A stretch of DNA of 49,565 bases, taken from Xanthobacteraceae bacterium. GTDB taxonomy: Bacteria > Pseudomonadota > Alphaproteobacteria > Rhizobiales > Xanthobacteraceae. The translations under genes were made by a program, and so were the position numbers. Of this stretch, positions 9,311-18,203 are shown piece after piece (position 1 is the first letter of the stretch; each line of letters starts with the position of its first letter). The notes beneath the pieces were generated by a model. It did not search any database. It saw only the letters and a program-made list of their open reading frames with translations, and was not told the DNA's origin. The stretch covers positions 1-49,565 of the forward strand of contig DATFWC010000303.1 in assembly GCA_035259885.1 (NCBI GenBank), given 5' to 3'.

Positions 9311-10810
9311 GTGGATACGCTCGCGTCGCTCGCTCACGGCATGGCGGTCGCGGTGCAGCCGACCAACCTGCTGTTCGCCCTGATCGGTGTCCTGCTCGGC
9401 ACGGCGGTCGGCGTGCTGCCCGGCATCGGGCCGGCGCTCACCGTCGCGCTGCTGCTGCCCGTCACCTACAAGCTCGACCCCGCCGGCTCGCTGATCATGT
9501 TCGCCGGCATCTACTACGGCGGCATGTATGGCGGCTCGACCACCGCCATCCTGATCAACACGCCGGGCGAGAGCGCCTCCATGGCGACCGCGCTGGAAGG
9601 CAACAAGATGGCCAAGGCCGGGCGCGGCGGGCCGGCGCTCGCCACCGCGGCCATCGGGTCATTCGTGGCCGGCACCATCGCCACGCTCGGACTCACTTTC
9701 CTGGCGCCGTGGCTGGTCGAGGTCGCGGTGCAGTTCGGCCCGGAAGACTATTTCGCGCTCATGTGCGTCGCTTTCATCACGGTGTCGGCGACGTTCGGAG
9801 ATTCGCCCGTGCGCGGGCTGACCAGCCTGTTCATCGGGCTGACGCTCGGGCTGGTCGGCATCGACAAGCTCACCGGCCAGGCGCGCCTGGCGTTCGGGAT
9901 CCCGGAACTGCTCGACGGCGTCGAGGTGACGACACTGGCGGTCGGCCTGTTCGCGGTGGGCGAAGCGCTCTACGTCGCCTCGCGCCATCGCCACACCAAG
10001 GAGACGCTCGAGCCGGTACGCGGCTCGTTGTGGATGACGCGCGAGGATTGGAAGCGCTCATGGCTGCCGTGGCTGCGCGGCACCCTGTTCGGCTTTCCCA
10101 TCGGGGCGCTGCCGGCAGGCGGCGCCGAAATCCCGACGTTCCTCTCCTACTCGACGGAAAAACGCCTGACCAAGCACCCGGAGGAGTTCGGCAAGGGTGC
10201 GATCGAAGGCGTCGCCGGACCGGAAGCTGCCAACAATGCCTCCGCCGCCGGAACGCTGGTGCCGCTGCTCACGCTCGGCCTGCCGACCTCGGCTACCGCT
10301 GCCATGATGCTGGCCGGTTTCCAGCAGTACGGGCTCAACCCGGGGCCGCTCTTGTTCGCCGACAAGCCCGACCTGGTGTGGGGCCTCATCGCCAGCCTGT
10401 ACATCGCCAACGTCATGCTGCTGGTGCTCAACCTGCCGCTGGTGGGGCTTTGGGTGCGGCTGCTGGCGATCCCGACGCCGTGGCTCTATGCCGGCATCCT
10501 GGTGTTCGCCACCATGGGCACGATCGCGGCGAAACCGTCGGTGGTCGAGCTCACCATGCTCGGTGTGTTTGGGCTCATGGGCTATGCGATGCGCCGCTAC
10601 GACTATCCGATCGCGCCGGTGGTGGTGGGCCTGATCCTTGGGCCGGTGGCGGAAAGCCAGCTGCGGCGCGCACTGTCCATCAGCCTGGGCGATCCGCTGG
10701 TGCTGGTGCAGAGCCCGATCTCGGCCACGCTGCTGGCGATCGCATTCATCGCGCTGGTGGCCCCGTTCGTGATGCGCGGCCTGGGCCGGTTCAAGGCGGA
10801 GGAGGATTAG
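9311..10810 (+). CDS. tctA: TctA-family large permease subunit
   Basis: ORF track. 499-aa polytopic membrane protein with a typical TctA N-terminus (...[15 protein letters not shown]...). Confidence 0.9.
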   Translation: MDTLASLAHGMAVAVQPTNLLFALIGVLLGTAVGVLPGIGPALTVALLLPVTYKLDPAGSLIMFAGIYYGGMYGGSTTAILINTPGESASMATALEGNKMAKAGRGGPALATAAIGSFVAGTIATLGLTFLAPWLVEVAVQFGPEDYFALMCVAFITVSATFGDSPVRGLTSLFIGLTLGLVGIDKLTGQARLAFGIPELLDGVEVTTLAVGLFAVGEALYVASRHRHTKETLEPVRGSLWMTREDWKRSWLPWLRGTLFGFPIGALPAGGAEIPTFLSYSTEKRLTKHPEEFGKGAIEGVAGPEAANNASAAGTLVPLLTLGLPTSATAAMMLAGFQQYGLNPGPLLFADKPDLVWGLIASLYIANVMLLVLNLPLVGLWVRLLAIPTPWLYAGILVFATMGTIAAKPSVVELTMLGVFGLMGYAMRRYDYPIAPVVVGLILGPVAESQLRRALSISLGDPLVLVQSPISATLLAIAFIALVAPFVMRGLGRFKAEED

Positions 10811-10818
10811 GGCCGCGC

Positions 10819-11712
10819 ATGCCCGAGTTCCACGGCGTCTTTCCCTATCTGGTGTCGCCGATCGATGCGTCCGGGCGCGTCATCACCGACGTGCTGCAGC
10901 GCCTCTGCCACGATCTCATCGCGGCCGGCGTGCATGGCCTCACGCCGCTCGGCTCGACCGGCGAGTTCGCCTACCTCAACGCCGCGCAACGGCGCGCGGT
11001 GGTGCAGGCCACCATCGAGGCGGCGGCCGGCCGCGTGCCGGTGGTGGCCGGCGTGGCCTCGACCGCGACCGCCGACGCGGTCGAGCAGGCGCGCGAGTAC
11101 CAGCGCCTCGGCGCCGCCGGCATCCTTGCCATTCTCGAAGCCTACTTCCCGCTGAATGAGGCGCAGGTCGAAAATTATTTTCGCGCCATCGCCGACGCCG
11201 TCGACATTCCGGTCGTGCTCTACACCAACCCGCAATTCCAGCGCAGCGACCTGTCGCTCGATGTGATCGCGCGTCTCGCTGAGCATCCGCGCATCCGCTA
11301 CATCAAGGACGCCTCCACCAACACCGGCCGCCTGCTGTCGATCATGAACCGGTGCGAGCGCCTGAACGTGTTCTCCGCCTCGGCGCACATTCCGGCCTGC
11401 GTCATGCTCATCGGCGGCGTCGGCTGGATGGCCGGTCCGGCCTGCCTCGTGCCGCGCCAGAGCGTTGCGCTTTACGAGCTCTGCCGCGCTGGGCGATGGC
11501 CGGAAGCGATGGCGTTGCAGCGCGACCTGTGGCGCATCAACGAGGCGTTCGCGCGCTTCAACCTCGCGGCCTGCATCAAGGCCGGGCTGCAAATTCTCGG
11601 CTATCCGGTCGGCGACCCGGTGCCGCCGCAGGCGGCGCTCAATGCCGACGAGCGCCGCGCTGTCGAAGCGGCGCTGGCGGAGATTGCAGGTCGCGCGCAG
11701 AGCGCCGCGTAA
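10819..11712 (+). CDS. Dihydrodipicolinate synthase/N-acetylneuraminate lyase-family (class I aldolase) enzyme
   Basis: C-terminal part of track ORF 9709..11712, trimmed to [20 protein letters not shown] motif and candidate Schiff-base Lys in IRYIKDAS. Specific reaction unknown. Confidence 0.85.
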   Translation: MPEFHGVFPYLVSPIDASGRVITDVLQRLCHDLIAAGVHGLTPLGSTGEFAYLNAAQRRAVVQATIEAAAGRVPVVAGVASTATADAVEQAREYQRLGAAGILAILEAYFPLNEAQVENYFRAIADAVDIPVVLYTNPQFQRSDLSLDVIARLAEHPRIRYIKDASTNTGRLLSIMNRCERLNVFSASAHIPACVMLIGGVGWMAGPACLVPRQSVALYELCRAGRWPEAMALQRDLWRINEAFARFNLAACIKAGLQILGYPVGDPVPPQAALNADERRAVEAALAEIAGRAQSAA

Positions 11713-11816
11713 CCTTTGCGCAACCCGCCGCATCCCACCCACCCAACAGATTCTTAACGGTTTCTTTCTAGATTCCGCCGGTCGAGGCGAGCGCGCGGGC
11801 GCGGAGGATTCTTGGC

Positions 11817-13211
11817 GTGGCATTGACCGGCTCGGAGAATGTCGCGCGTTCGCGCATGCGGATGTTCGCCGCCATGCTGGCGCGCGCGCGCGCCTGGGCG
11901 GCTGACGGCAGCGACCGCTCGCTCGCCCAACGCACCGCCGGCACCGCCTTCCTGATCCGTGTGGCGAGCGCCGGCCTGCTCTATCTATCGCAGGTGCTGC
12001 TGGCGCGTTGGATGGGCAGTTTCGAGTTCGGCGTCTACGTCTATGTGTGGACCTGGGTGCTGCTGATCGGAACGCTCGCCGATTTCGGGCTCGCAGTAGC
12101 AGCGCAGCGCTTCATCCCGGAATATGCCGAGCACAAGGCGTACGACCTGCTGCGCGGCTTCCTCGTCAGCAGCCGCTGGCTGGCGATCGCCATGGCGACC
12201 GCCCTGGCGGCCCTCGCGGCGCTCGGCGTCGCGATGGTCGAGCCGTGGCTCGACCGCTACCTGGTGGTGCCGCTCTACCTCGCATGCGCGACAGTGCCGT
12301 TCTACACGCTGACCAGCATGCTCGACGGCATCGCGCGTTCCTACAACTGGGTCAACCTGGCGCTCGTGCCGCCTTATATCGGCCGGCCGTTGGTGCTCAT
12401 CACGGTCATGGGTGTGGCACACCTCGCCGGCCTGCCGGCCAATGCCACCACCGCCATGGTGGCGGCCGTGGTGGCGACCTGGCTCAACGCCATGGTGCAG
12501 CTCGTGCTCTTGGACCGCAGCCTGCGCACCAAGGTGGCGCGCGGGCCCAAGGCCTATGCGATCGCCACCTGGTTCCGCACCGCCATCCCGATCTTCATGG
12601 TGGGAAGCTTCTATCTGCTCCTCACCTATGCGGACATCCTCGTGCTGCAGCAGTTCCGCACGCCCGACGAGGTAGCCCTGTACTACGCCGCCGCCAAGAC
12701 GCTGGCCCTGGTCGCCTTCGTCAATTTCTCCGTCGCGGCTGCCGCCACCCACAAGTTTACCGAATATCACGTGGCCGGCGACCGCGCGCGGCTTGCCGCC
12801 TTCCTGGCCGACGCGATCCGCTGGACGTTCTGGCCGTCGCTCGCCGCCACCATCCTCATCCTGGCGCTCGGCCGGCCGTTCCTGTGGCTGTTCGGGCCGC
12901 AGTTCACTGCCGGCTACGGGCTGATGTTCATTCTCGCCGTCGGGCTCCTCTCGCGCGCCGCCGTGGGGCCGGTGGAACGGCTGCTCAACATGCTGGGCGA
13001 GCAGCGCGCCTGCGCGCTGGTCTACGCGGTCGCGTTCGCCGCCAACCTCGGCCTGTGCGTGCTGCTGATCCCGCCCTTCGGCGCGCTCGGCGCCGCCATC
13101 GCCACCGCATCGGCCGTGCTGGTCGAATCGATCCTCTTGTTCTTCGTGACCAAACGCCGCCTGGGCCTGCATGTTTTCGTGTGGGGAAGACAGCACGCGC
13201 CCGAGACGTGA
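11817..13211 (+). CDS. Polysaccharide/oligosaccharide flippase (Wzx/MOP superfamily)-like membrane protein
   Basis: ORF track. About 12 hydrophobic segments. Family call from overall pattern only. The start is uncertain (GTG 11817 or ATG 11856). Confidence 0.7.
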   Translation: MALTGSENVARSRMRMFAAMLARARAWAADGSDRSLAQRTAGTAFLIRVASAGLLYLSQVLLARWMGSFEFGVYVYVWTWVLLIGTLADFGLAVAAQRFIPEYAEHKAYDLLRGFLVSSRWLAIAMATALAALAALGVAMVEPWLDRYLVVPLYLACATVPFYTLTSMLDGIARSYNWVNLALVPPYIGRPLVLITVMGVAHLAGLPANATTAMVAAVVATWLNAMVQLVLLDRSLRTKVARGPKAYAIATWFRTAIPIFMVGSFYLLLTYADILVLQQFRTPDEVALYYAAAKTLALVAFVNFSVAAAATHKFTEYHVAGDRARLAAFLADAIRWTFWPSLAATILILALGRPFLWLFGPQFTAGYGLMFILAVGLLSRAAVGPVERLLNMLGEQRACALVYAVAFAANLGLCVLLIPPFGALGAAIATASAVLVESILLFFVTKRRLGLHVFVWGRQHAPET

Positions 13212-13290
13212 CGGTTCCGCTTCGGGGCGACATGTTTTAGGATTTGCCGCGGACCCGTCCCCCGCACACGCCGGGCAGCGGCAGCCGAGC

Positions 13291-14448
13291 ATGAACGACA
13301 TCACGGCGACCACGTCGCAATCGGATTCGTCGGTGCGTGCCGAGTGGCGGCCGCTCGCCGCGTGGAGTGCGATCGTGCCGCAATGGCGCGCGCTGGCGGC
13401 ACAGGCACTCGAGCCCAACGTGTTCTACGAGCCGGGCTTTGCCCTTCCGGCGGCAACGGTGTTCGGACGCAGCCTCGGCGCCGTGCTGGTGTGGTCGCAT
13501 GCCGACCGGCTCCTCGGCTTCTTTCCGGCGCGCGTCGAGCGCCCGTGCGGCCTCGCGGTGCTGACCGGGTGGACGCATCCGTACGGGCCGCTGGGCACGC
13601 CGCTGGTGGACCGCGACGAAGCTGCTGCCGTCATTGCGGCGTGGCTCGGTTACGTGACCGACGACGGCGCCTTGCCCGGCCTCGCCATGCTGCCGCTGCT
13701 GCCGGAAGACGGGCCGTTCGCCGGCGCGCTCGCGGCGGTACTGGCGCGCCGCGACATGGCGGCGGCCTCGATCGGACGTCATCGCCGCGCCCTGCTGGCG
13801 CCCGGCGACGAGCGCGCCGGCTATGTCGAGCAGGCCGTGGGCGCCAAGAAGCGCAAGGAGCTGCGCCGGCAGCGCCATCGCTTGGCGGACATGGGAACGC
13901 TGAAGATCGACGCCGCCACCAGCCCCACCGGGGTCGTCGACGCGCTACACGACTTCCTCGAGCTGGAGGCGCGCGGCTGGAAGGGCCGCGCCGGCACGGC
14001 GGCAGCCAAGAACCAGAGCATCCACGCCTTCATCGAGGCCGCCATGGCGGATCTGGCGGCGGACGGAAAGGTGCGCATCGACCGCCTGCGCGTCGGCGGC
14101 AACGCCATCGCGGCCGCCGTGACGCTGCGCAGCGGCGACAAGGCTTGGACCTGGAAGATCGCCTACGACGAGGAGTTTGCCCGCGCGTCCCCGGGCGTGC
14201 AGTTGATGCTGGAGGCGACGGAGTCGCTGCTCGCCGACCGCACGATCGCATCGGTCGACTCCTGCGCCACCGCCGATCACCCGATGATCGATCACCTCTG
14301 GCGCGAGCGCCTCGCCTTGAGCGACCGGCTCATCGCCACCGGCGCGGAGCCGCCGGTGTTTGCGCTGGCGAGCGGGCTCGAGCGGCTGCGCCGCATGGCG
14401 ATCGCCGGCGCCAAGATGCTGCGCGACCGGATCAAGCCGGCGCAGTAG
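13291..14448 (+). CDS. GNAT-type acetyltransferase (CelD/BioF2-like domain)
   Basis: ORF track 13171..14448, trimmed to MNDITATT.... Central KKRKELRRQRHRL and LELEARGWKGRAGTA resemble CelD-like GNAT proteins. Confidence 0.7.
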   Translation: MNDITATTSQSDSSVRAEWRPLAAWSAIVPQWRALAAQALEPNVFYEPGFALPAATVFGRSLGAVLVWSHADRLLGFFPARVERPCGLAVLTGWTHPYGPLGTPLVDRDEAAAVIAAWLGYVTDDGALPGLAMLPLLPEDGPFAGALAAVLARRDMAAASIGRHRRALLAPGDERAGYVEQAVGAKKRKELRRQRHRLADMGTLKIDAATSPTGVVDALHDFLELEARGWKGRAGTAAAKNQSIHAFIEAAMADLAADGKVRIDRLRVGGNAIAAAVTLRSGDKAWTWKIAYDEEFARASPGVQLMLEATESLLADRTIASVDSCATADHPMIDHLWRERLALSDRLIATGAEPPVFALASGLERLRRMAIAGAKMLRDRIKPAQ

Positions 14449-14597
14449 GGTGGGTTAAGGCGTCACACTCGGCTTACGGGCGAAGCCACAGCGTAGCACG
14501 CCGAAACCCACCGATGCTAAATGGCGGCTGGTGGGTTTCGGCGCGCGACACCGCGATCAAACCCATACGCTGCGGCACGCGCCTCAACCCACCCTAC
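14445..14597. repeat. REP-C nested palindrome (GTAGGGTGGGTTAAGGCG ... CGCCTCAACCCACCCTAC)
   Basis: Read directly. The outer ~18-bp inverted repeat encloses an inner hairpin CCGAAACCCACC...GGTGGGTTTCGG. Fills the convergent junction between the GNAT and the acyl-CoA synthetase. Confidence 0.8.
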
Positions 14598-14609
14598 GAA
14601 CTAGCTAGA

Positions 14610-16268
14610 CTAGGCCTTCTCCCGCAACAATCTGCGGATCACCTTGCCGGTCGTGGTCATCGGCATGGTGTCGATGAAGGCGACCTCGCGCGGGTATTCG
14701 TGCGCCGACAGCCGCGTCTTGACGAAGGACTGGATGTCGGTGGCGAGCTGTTCCGAAGGCGTCTGCCCGGCCTTGAGCACGATGAAGGCTTTGACAATTT
14801 CCGTGCGCACCGGATCCGGCTTCCCCACCACCGCTGCCAGGAACACCGACGGATGGCGGATCAGGCAATCCTCGATCTCGCCCGGCCCGATGCGGTAGCC
14901 CGACGACGTGATGACGTCGTCGTCGCGGCCGACGAAATGCAGATAGCCGTCGTCGTCAAAGCAGCCCTGGTCGCCGGTGGTCATCCAGTCGCCGATGAAC
15001 TTTTCGCGCGTCGCGTCAGGGCGGTCCCAGTATTCGAGAAACATCACCGGATCGGGACGTTTTATGGCGATCTGGCCGAGTTCGCCCGGCGCTGCGCGCG
15101 ACCCATCCGCGTGGATGACCGCGACGTCATGGCCCGGGACCGGCTTGCCGATGGCGCCTGGCCGCGACACGCCGATCAGGGCACAGGAGGCCGCCACCAG
15201 GTTGCATTCGGTCTGGCCGTAGAACTCGTTGATCGAAAGCCCGAGCGCCGAGCGGCCCCAGTCCAGCGTCTCGGCACCGAGCGCCTCGCCGCCCGAGCCG
15301 ACGCTGCGCAGGTTCACGTCGCGGCGCTGAGGCGACGCCGAACGCAGCATGCGCAGCGCGGTCGGCGGGATGAAGGCGTTGCGCACGCCGGTGCGCGCCA
15401 TCACGGCGAACGCTTCCTCGGGATCGAACTTCTCGAAGCGATGCGCCACCACCGGCACGCCGAACGCCAGGCTCGGCAGCAGGCAGTCGAGCAGGCCGCC
15501 GGCCCACGCCCAATCGGCCGGCGTCCAGAACCGGTCGCCGGCCCGCGGAAAGAAATCGTGCGGCATCTGAATGCCGGGAAAATGCCCGAGCAGGACGCGG
15601 TGCGCGTGCAGCGCGCCTTTGGGCGGCCCGGTGGTGCCTGACGTGTAGATCATCATGGCGGGATCGTCGGCCGACGTGTCTGCCGCCAGGAAATCGGAAG
15701 AGGCGCGCGCCAGCGTCTCGGCGAAGCCAATAGCGCCGTCGGCCGGCCCATCGGTCGACAGGATCACGGGCGGCAGCGGAGAAATCTCGGCGAGCTTGGC
15801 GAGCCCCTGCGCATTGGTGATGAGCGCGCGGGCGCCGGCATTTTCCAGGCGATAGCGGATGGCGTCGACGCCGAACAACGCCGCCAGCGGCAGCGCAATG
15901 GCCGCGAGCTTGTAGATGGCGATATGGATCGCCGCCACTTCGGGCATCTGTGGCAGCAGGATGGCCACGCGGTCGCGGCGCTTGACGTCGTGCGCACGCA
16001 ACACGTTGGCGAGCCGGTTGGAGGTCTCCTTCAGCCAACCGTAGGTGATTTTTTCGTCGCGACCGGGGCGGGTGTGCAGGATCGCGAGCCGGTTGGGCTC
16101 GCGGTCCGCCCATGCGTCGCACGCGGCGACGCCGATGTTGTAGCGCTGAGGGACGCGCCATCGGAACGCGCGAAGAAGCGCGTCGTAGTCGCGGATGTCG
16201 GGCAGCAGGCTCACGGTGCGGGAAGCTAAAACGAGCGCCTCGCCGGGTCCAGTGCCGGCCGCGAGCAA
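14610..16268 (-). CDS. AMP-forming acyl-CoA synthetase/ligase
   Basis: ORF track. YTSGTTGPPKGALH, and a C-terminal ...GKVIRRLLREKA typical of the ANL superfamily. The start may instead be the GTG at 16214 (VSLLPDIRDYD...). Confidence 0.85.
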   Translation of the reverse strand: MLAAGTGPGEALVLASRTVSLLPDIRDYDALLRAFRWRVPQRYNIGVAACDAWADREPNRLAILHTRPGRDEKITYGWLKETSNRLANVLRAHDVKRRDRVAILLPQMPEVAAIHIAIYKLAAIALPLAALFGVDAIRYRLENAGARALITNAQGLAKLAEISPLPPVILSTDGPADGAIGFAETLARASSDFLAADTSADDPAMMIYTSGTTGPPKGALHAHRVLLGHFPGIQMPHDFFPRAGDRFWTPADWAWAGGLLDCLLPSLAFGVPVVAHRFEKFDPEEAFAVMARTGVRNAFIPPTALRMLRSASPQRRDVNLRSVGSGGEALGAETLDWGRSALGLSINEFYGQTECNLVAASCALIGVSRPGAIGKPVPGHDVAVIHADGSRAAPGELGQIAIKRPDPVMFLEYWDRPDATREKFIGDWMTTGDQGCFDDDGYLHFVGRDDDVITSSGYRIGPGEIEDCLIRHPSVFLAAVVGKPDPVRTEIVKAFIVLKAGQTPSEQLATDIQSFVKTRLSAHEYPREVAFIDTMPMTTTGKVIRRLLREKA

Positions 16269-16274
16269 GCGCTG

Positions 16275-17258
16275 CTATTCCGGCAGGTCGATCTTCACCT
16301 CGCGGGTGATCCGGTTCCATAGGTCGAACTCGGCGCGCACGAATTGCCTCGCCTCGTCCGGCGAGCCGGTGGGTACGGCGCGCAACGACTGCGCCTTGAA
16401 CTTTTCCAGGACGGCGGGCGATCCGACCGCCTCGGTGGCAGCCTTGTGAATCGTCTCGATCACGCCCGGCGCGACGCCACTTGGCGCAAAGATGGCCAGC
16501 CACTGCACTGTCCCGATGCCAGGGAAGCCGAGCTCGGCGAGCGTCGGCACGTCGGGATAGTCCGGCATGCGCTTCTCGGTGATGACGGCGAGGGGCCGCA
16601 ACTGCCCGGCCCTGATCATCGACGCCGGCGTCGCCACATTGAGGAACGCCACTTGGGCATCGCCGCTGACGAGATCGTTGAGCATGCCCGATGCGCCTGC
16701 CTTGTTGGGAATGTGCACGAGCTGGAGCCCGGCGCGCCGCGCCAGGATCTCCATGTCGTATTGCGGGAAGCTGCCGACGCCGACGCTGGAGAACCGGACT
16801 TTGCCGGGATTCTGCTTCGCATAGGCGATGAACTCGGCAAAATTCGTCGGCGGGAAGCTTTTGATCGTGGCGATCAGGAAACCCGGCAGATCGGCCACGC
16901 GCGCCACCGGCACGATGTCCTTTTCCGCGTTGATGCGCATCTTGCCGGGATAGAGGATGGGCGTGATCACGTTGGCGTTGTTGTTGCCGAACATCAGCGT
17001 GTAGCCGTCGGCCTTTGCGCGCGCCAGTTCCTCAAGCCCGAGGATGCCGAACGCACCCGGTTTGTTCTCGATGACGAAAGGCTGGCCGAGCGCCTGCCGC
17101 ATCTGCTCGGTGACGATGCGCGCGACGATGTCCACCGCGCCGCCGGGCGCATAGGGCACGATGACCTTCACGGGCCGCACCGGAAAACTGTCCTGCGCGT
17201 GCGCCGCGCCGACCGCAAGACAGAGAATGGATGCGAGCATCGCGATACGACGCGGCAT
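16275..17258 (-). CDS. Bug-family (TctC-like) extracytoplasmic solute receptor, orphan
   Basis: ORF track 16275..17519, trimmed to MPRRIAMLASILCLAVGAAHAQD (GGAGA upstream). No tctAB-like genes adjacent. It lies directly upstream of the ligase. Confidence 0.9.
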   Translation of the reverse strand: MPRRIAMLASILCLAVGAAHAQDSFPVRPVKVIVPYAPGGAVDIVARIVTEQMRQALGQPFVIENKPGAFGILGLEELARAKADGYTLMFGNNNANVITPILYPGKMRINAEKDIVPVARVADLPGFLIATIKSFPPTNFAEFIAYAKQNPGKVRFSSVGVGSFPQYDMEILARRAGLQLVHIPNKAGASGMLNDLVSGDAQVAFLNVATPASMIRAGQLRPLAVITEKRMPDYPDVPTLAELGFPGIGTVQWLAIFAPSGVAPGVIETIHKAATEAVGSPAVLEKFKAQSLRAVPTGSPDEARQFVRAEFDLWNRITREVKIDLPE

Positions 17259-17431
17259 GGCGTGATCTCCGGCAACACGAGCCCGGACGGCCCGATATCG
17301 CCCGATGCTAGTGCACGGATCGACACAATGGAATTGGCCGAACGCGGTACGCATGGCCCTTCGGCGGGCGATGGCCCGGATTTGCTTTAATTCATCGGGG
17401 CTATCATTGCCTGGACGTGCAACCTCTCCCT

Positions 17432-17588
17432 TGTCATCCTGGCCGAGCGCGAAGCGCGAGAGCCGGGATCCATGTATCACTGCGACAATGGCAAGAACGC
17501 TGGCGAGAACCGGCAACACCGGGGGTACTTGGATCCCGGATCGGCGCGCTTTGGCGCTGCGCGCCGCGCGCCGTCCGGGATGACAGCC
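17432..17588. repeat. REP-A element, copy 2 (inverted orientation)
   Basis: GTCATCCTGG...TCCGGGATGAC. The reverse complement aligns with the canonical copies. Confidence 0.85.
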
Positions 17589-17601
17589 GCGTTTTCTTTC
17601 G

Positions 17602-18141
17602 CTAGCCCGGCTTGTCGTCCGGGGCCGCCAGGATCAGGGCCCAGAACACGCGGTACTTGCTGCCGGGCGCATAGATCGCCGCGATGCCCATATGGGTGGC
17701 GCCCTTGAGCAGCATGTTGGCGCGGTGGTGCGGCGAGTCGCGCCAGCCGGAAAACGCCTCGGCGATGGTGTGGTAGCCGGCCGAGACGTTTTCCGCCGCG
17801 ATCTTGGCGTCGAAGCCGGAACCCTGGATGCGCGTCTTGAACGGACGCGCCACGTCGTGGTCCATCTTGTTGCGCGCCACCATGGCCTGCGCCTGCTCCT
17901 GCGCCAGCCGCATCAGGGTGGGATCGAGTGCGACCGTGGAGAGCCCGTTGTTCTGCCGGTAGTTGGAGATCATGGCGGCGGCCGCCGGCGCATCGAGCAC
18001 GACACCCGCCTGGGCGAGGTTCTTGTAGAAGCCGGGCTCGCTCACGGTCGGCGCCACGTCGGCGGCGCAGCCGGCCACGCCGGCCGCCGCCGTTGCCAGC
18101 ATCAGCATGCGCACGACAATGCAGAAACGCCCTACACCCAT
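17602..18141 (-). CDS. CAP/SCP (PR-1-like, YkwD-type) domain lipoprotein
   Basis: C-terminal part of track ORF 17602..20016. MGVGRFCIVVRMLMLATAAAGVAGC (lipobox), then ...ENVSAGYHTIAEAFSGWRDSPHHRANML... Confidence 0.85.
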   Translation of the reverse strand: MGVGRFCIVVRMLMLATAAAGVAGCAADVAPTVSEPGFYKNLAQAGVVLDAPAAAAMISNYRQNNGLSTVALDPTLMRLAQEQAQAMVARNKMDHDVARPFKTRIQGSGFDAKIAAENVSAGYHTIAEAFSGWRDSPHHRANMLLKGATHMGIAAIYAPGSKYRVFWALILAAPDDKPG

Positions 18142-18203
18142 TCCGATTCCCCGCGTCCGTCCCGCGAACGTGCGCACGGAACAATGACCAAAACGTGAAT
18201 TTT

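Noticed and set aside
14598-14613. CTAGCTAGACTAG looked like a synthetic three-frame stop linker.
   Set aside because: The TAGs fall in only two of three frames on each strand. One is the natural stop of the ligase. The motif sits at the edge of a native repeat, and nothing else suggests engineering.
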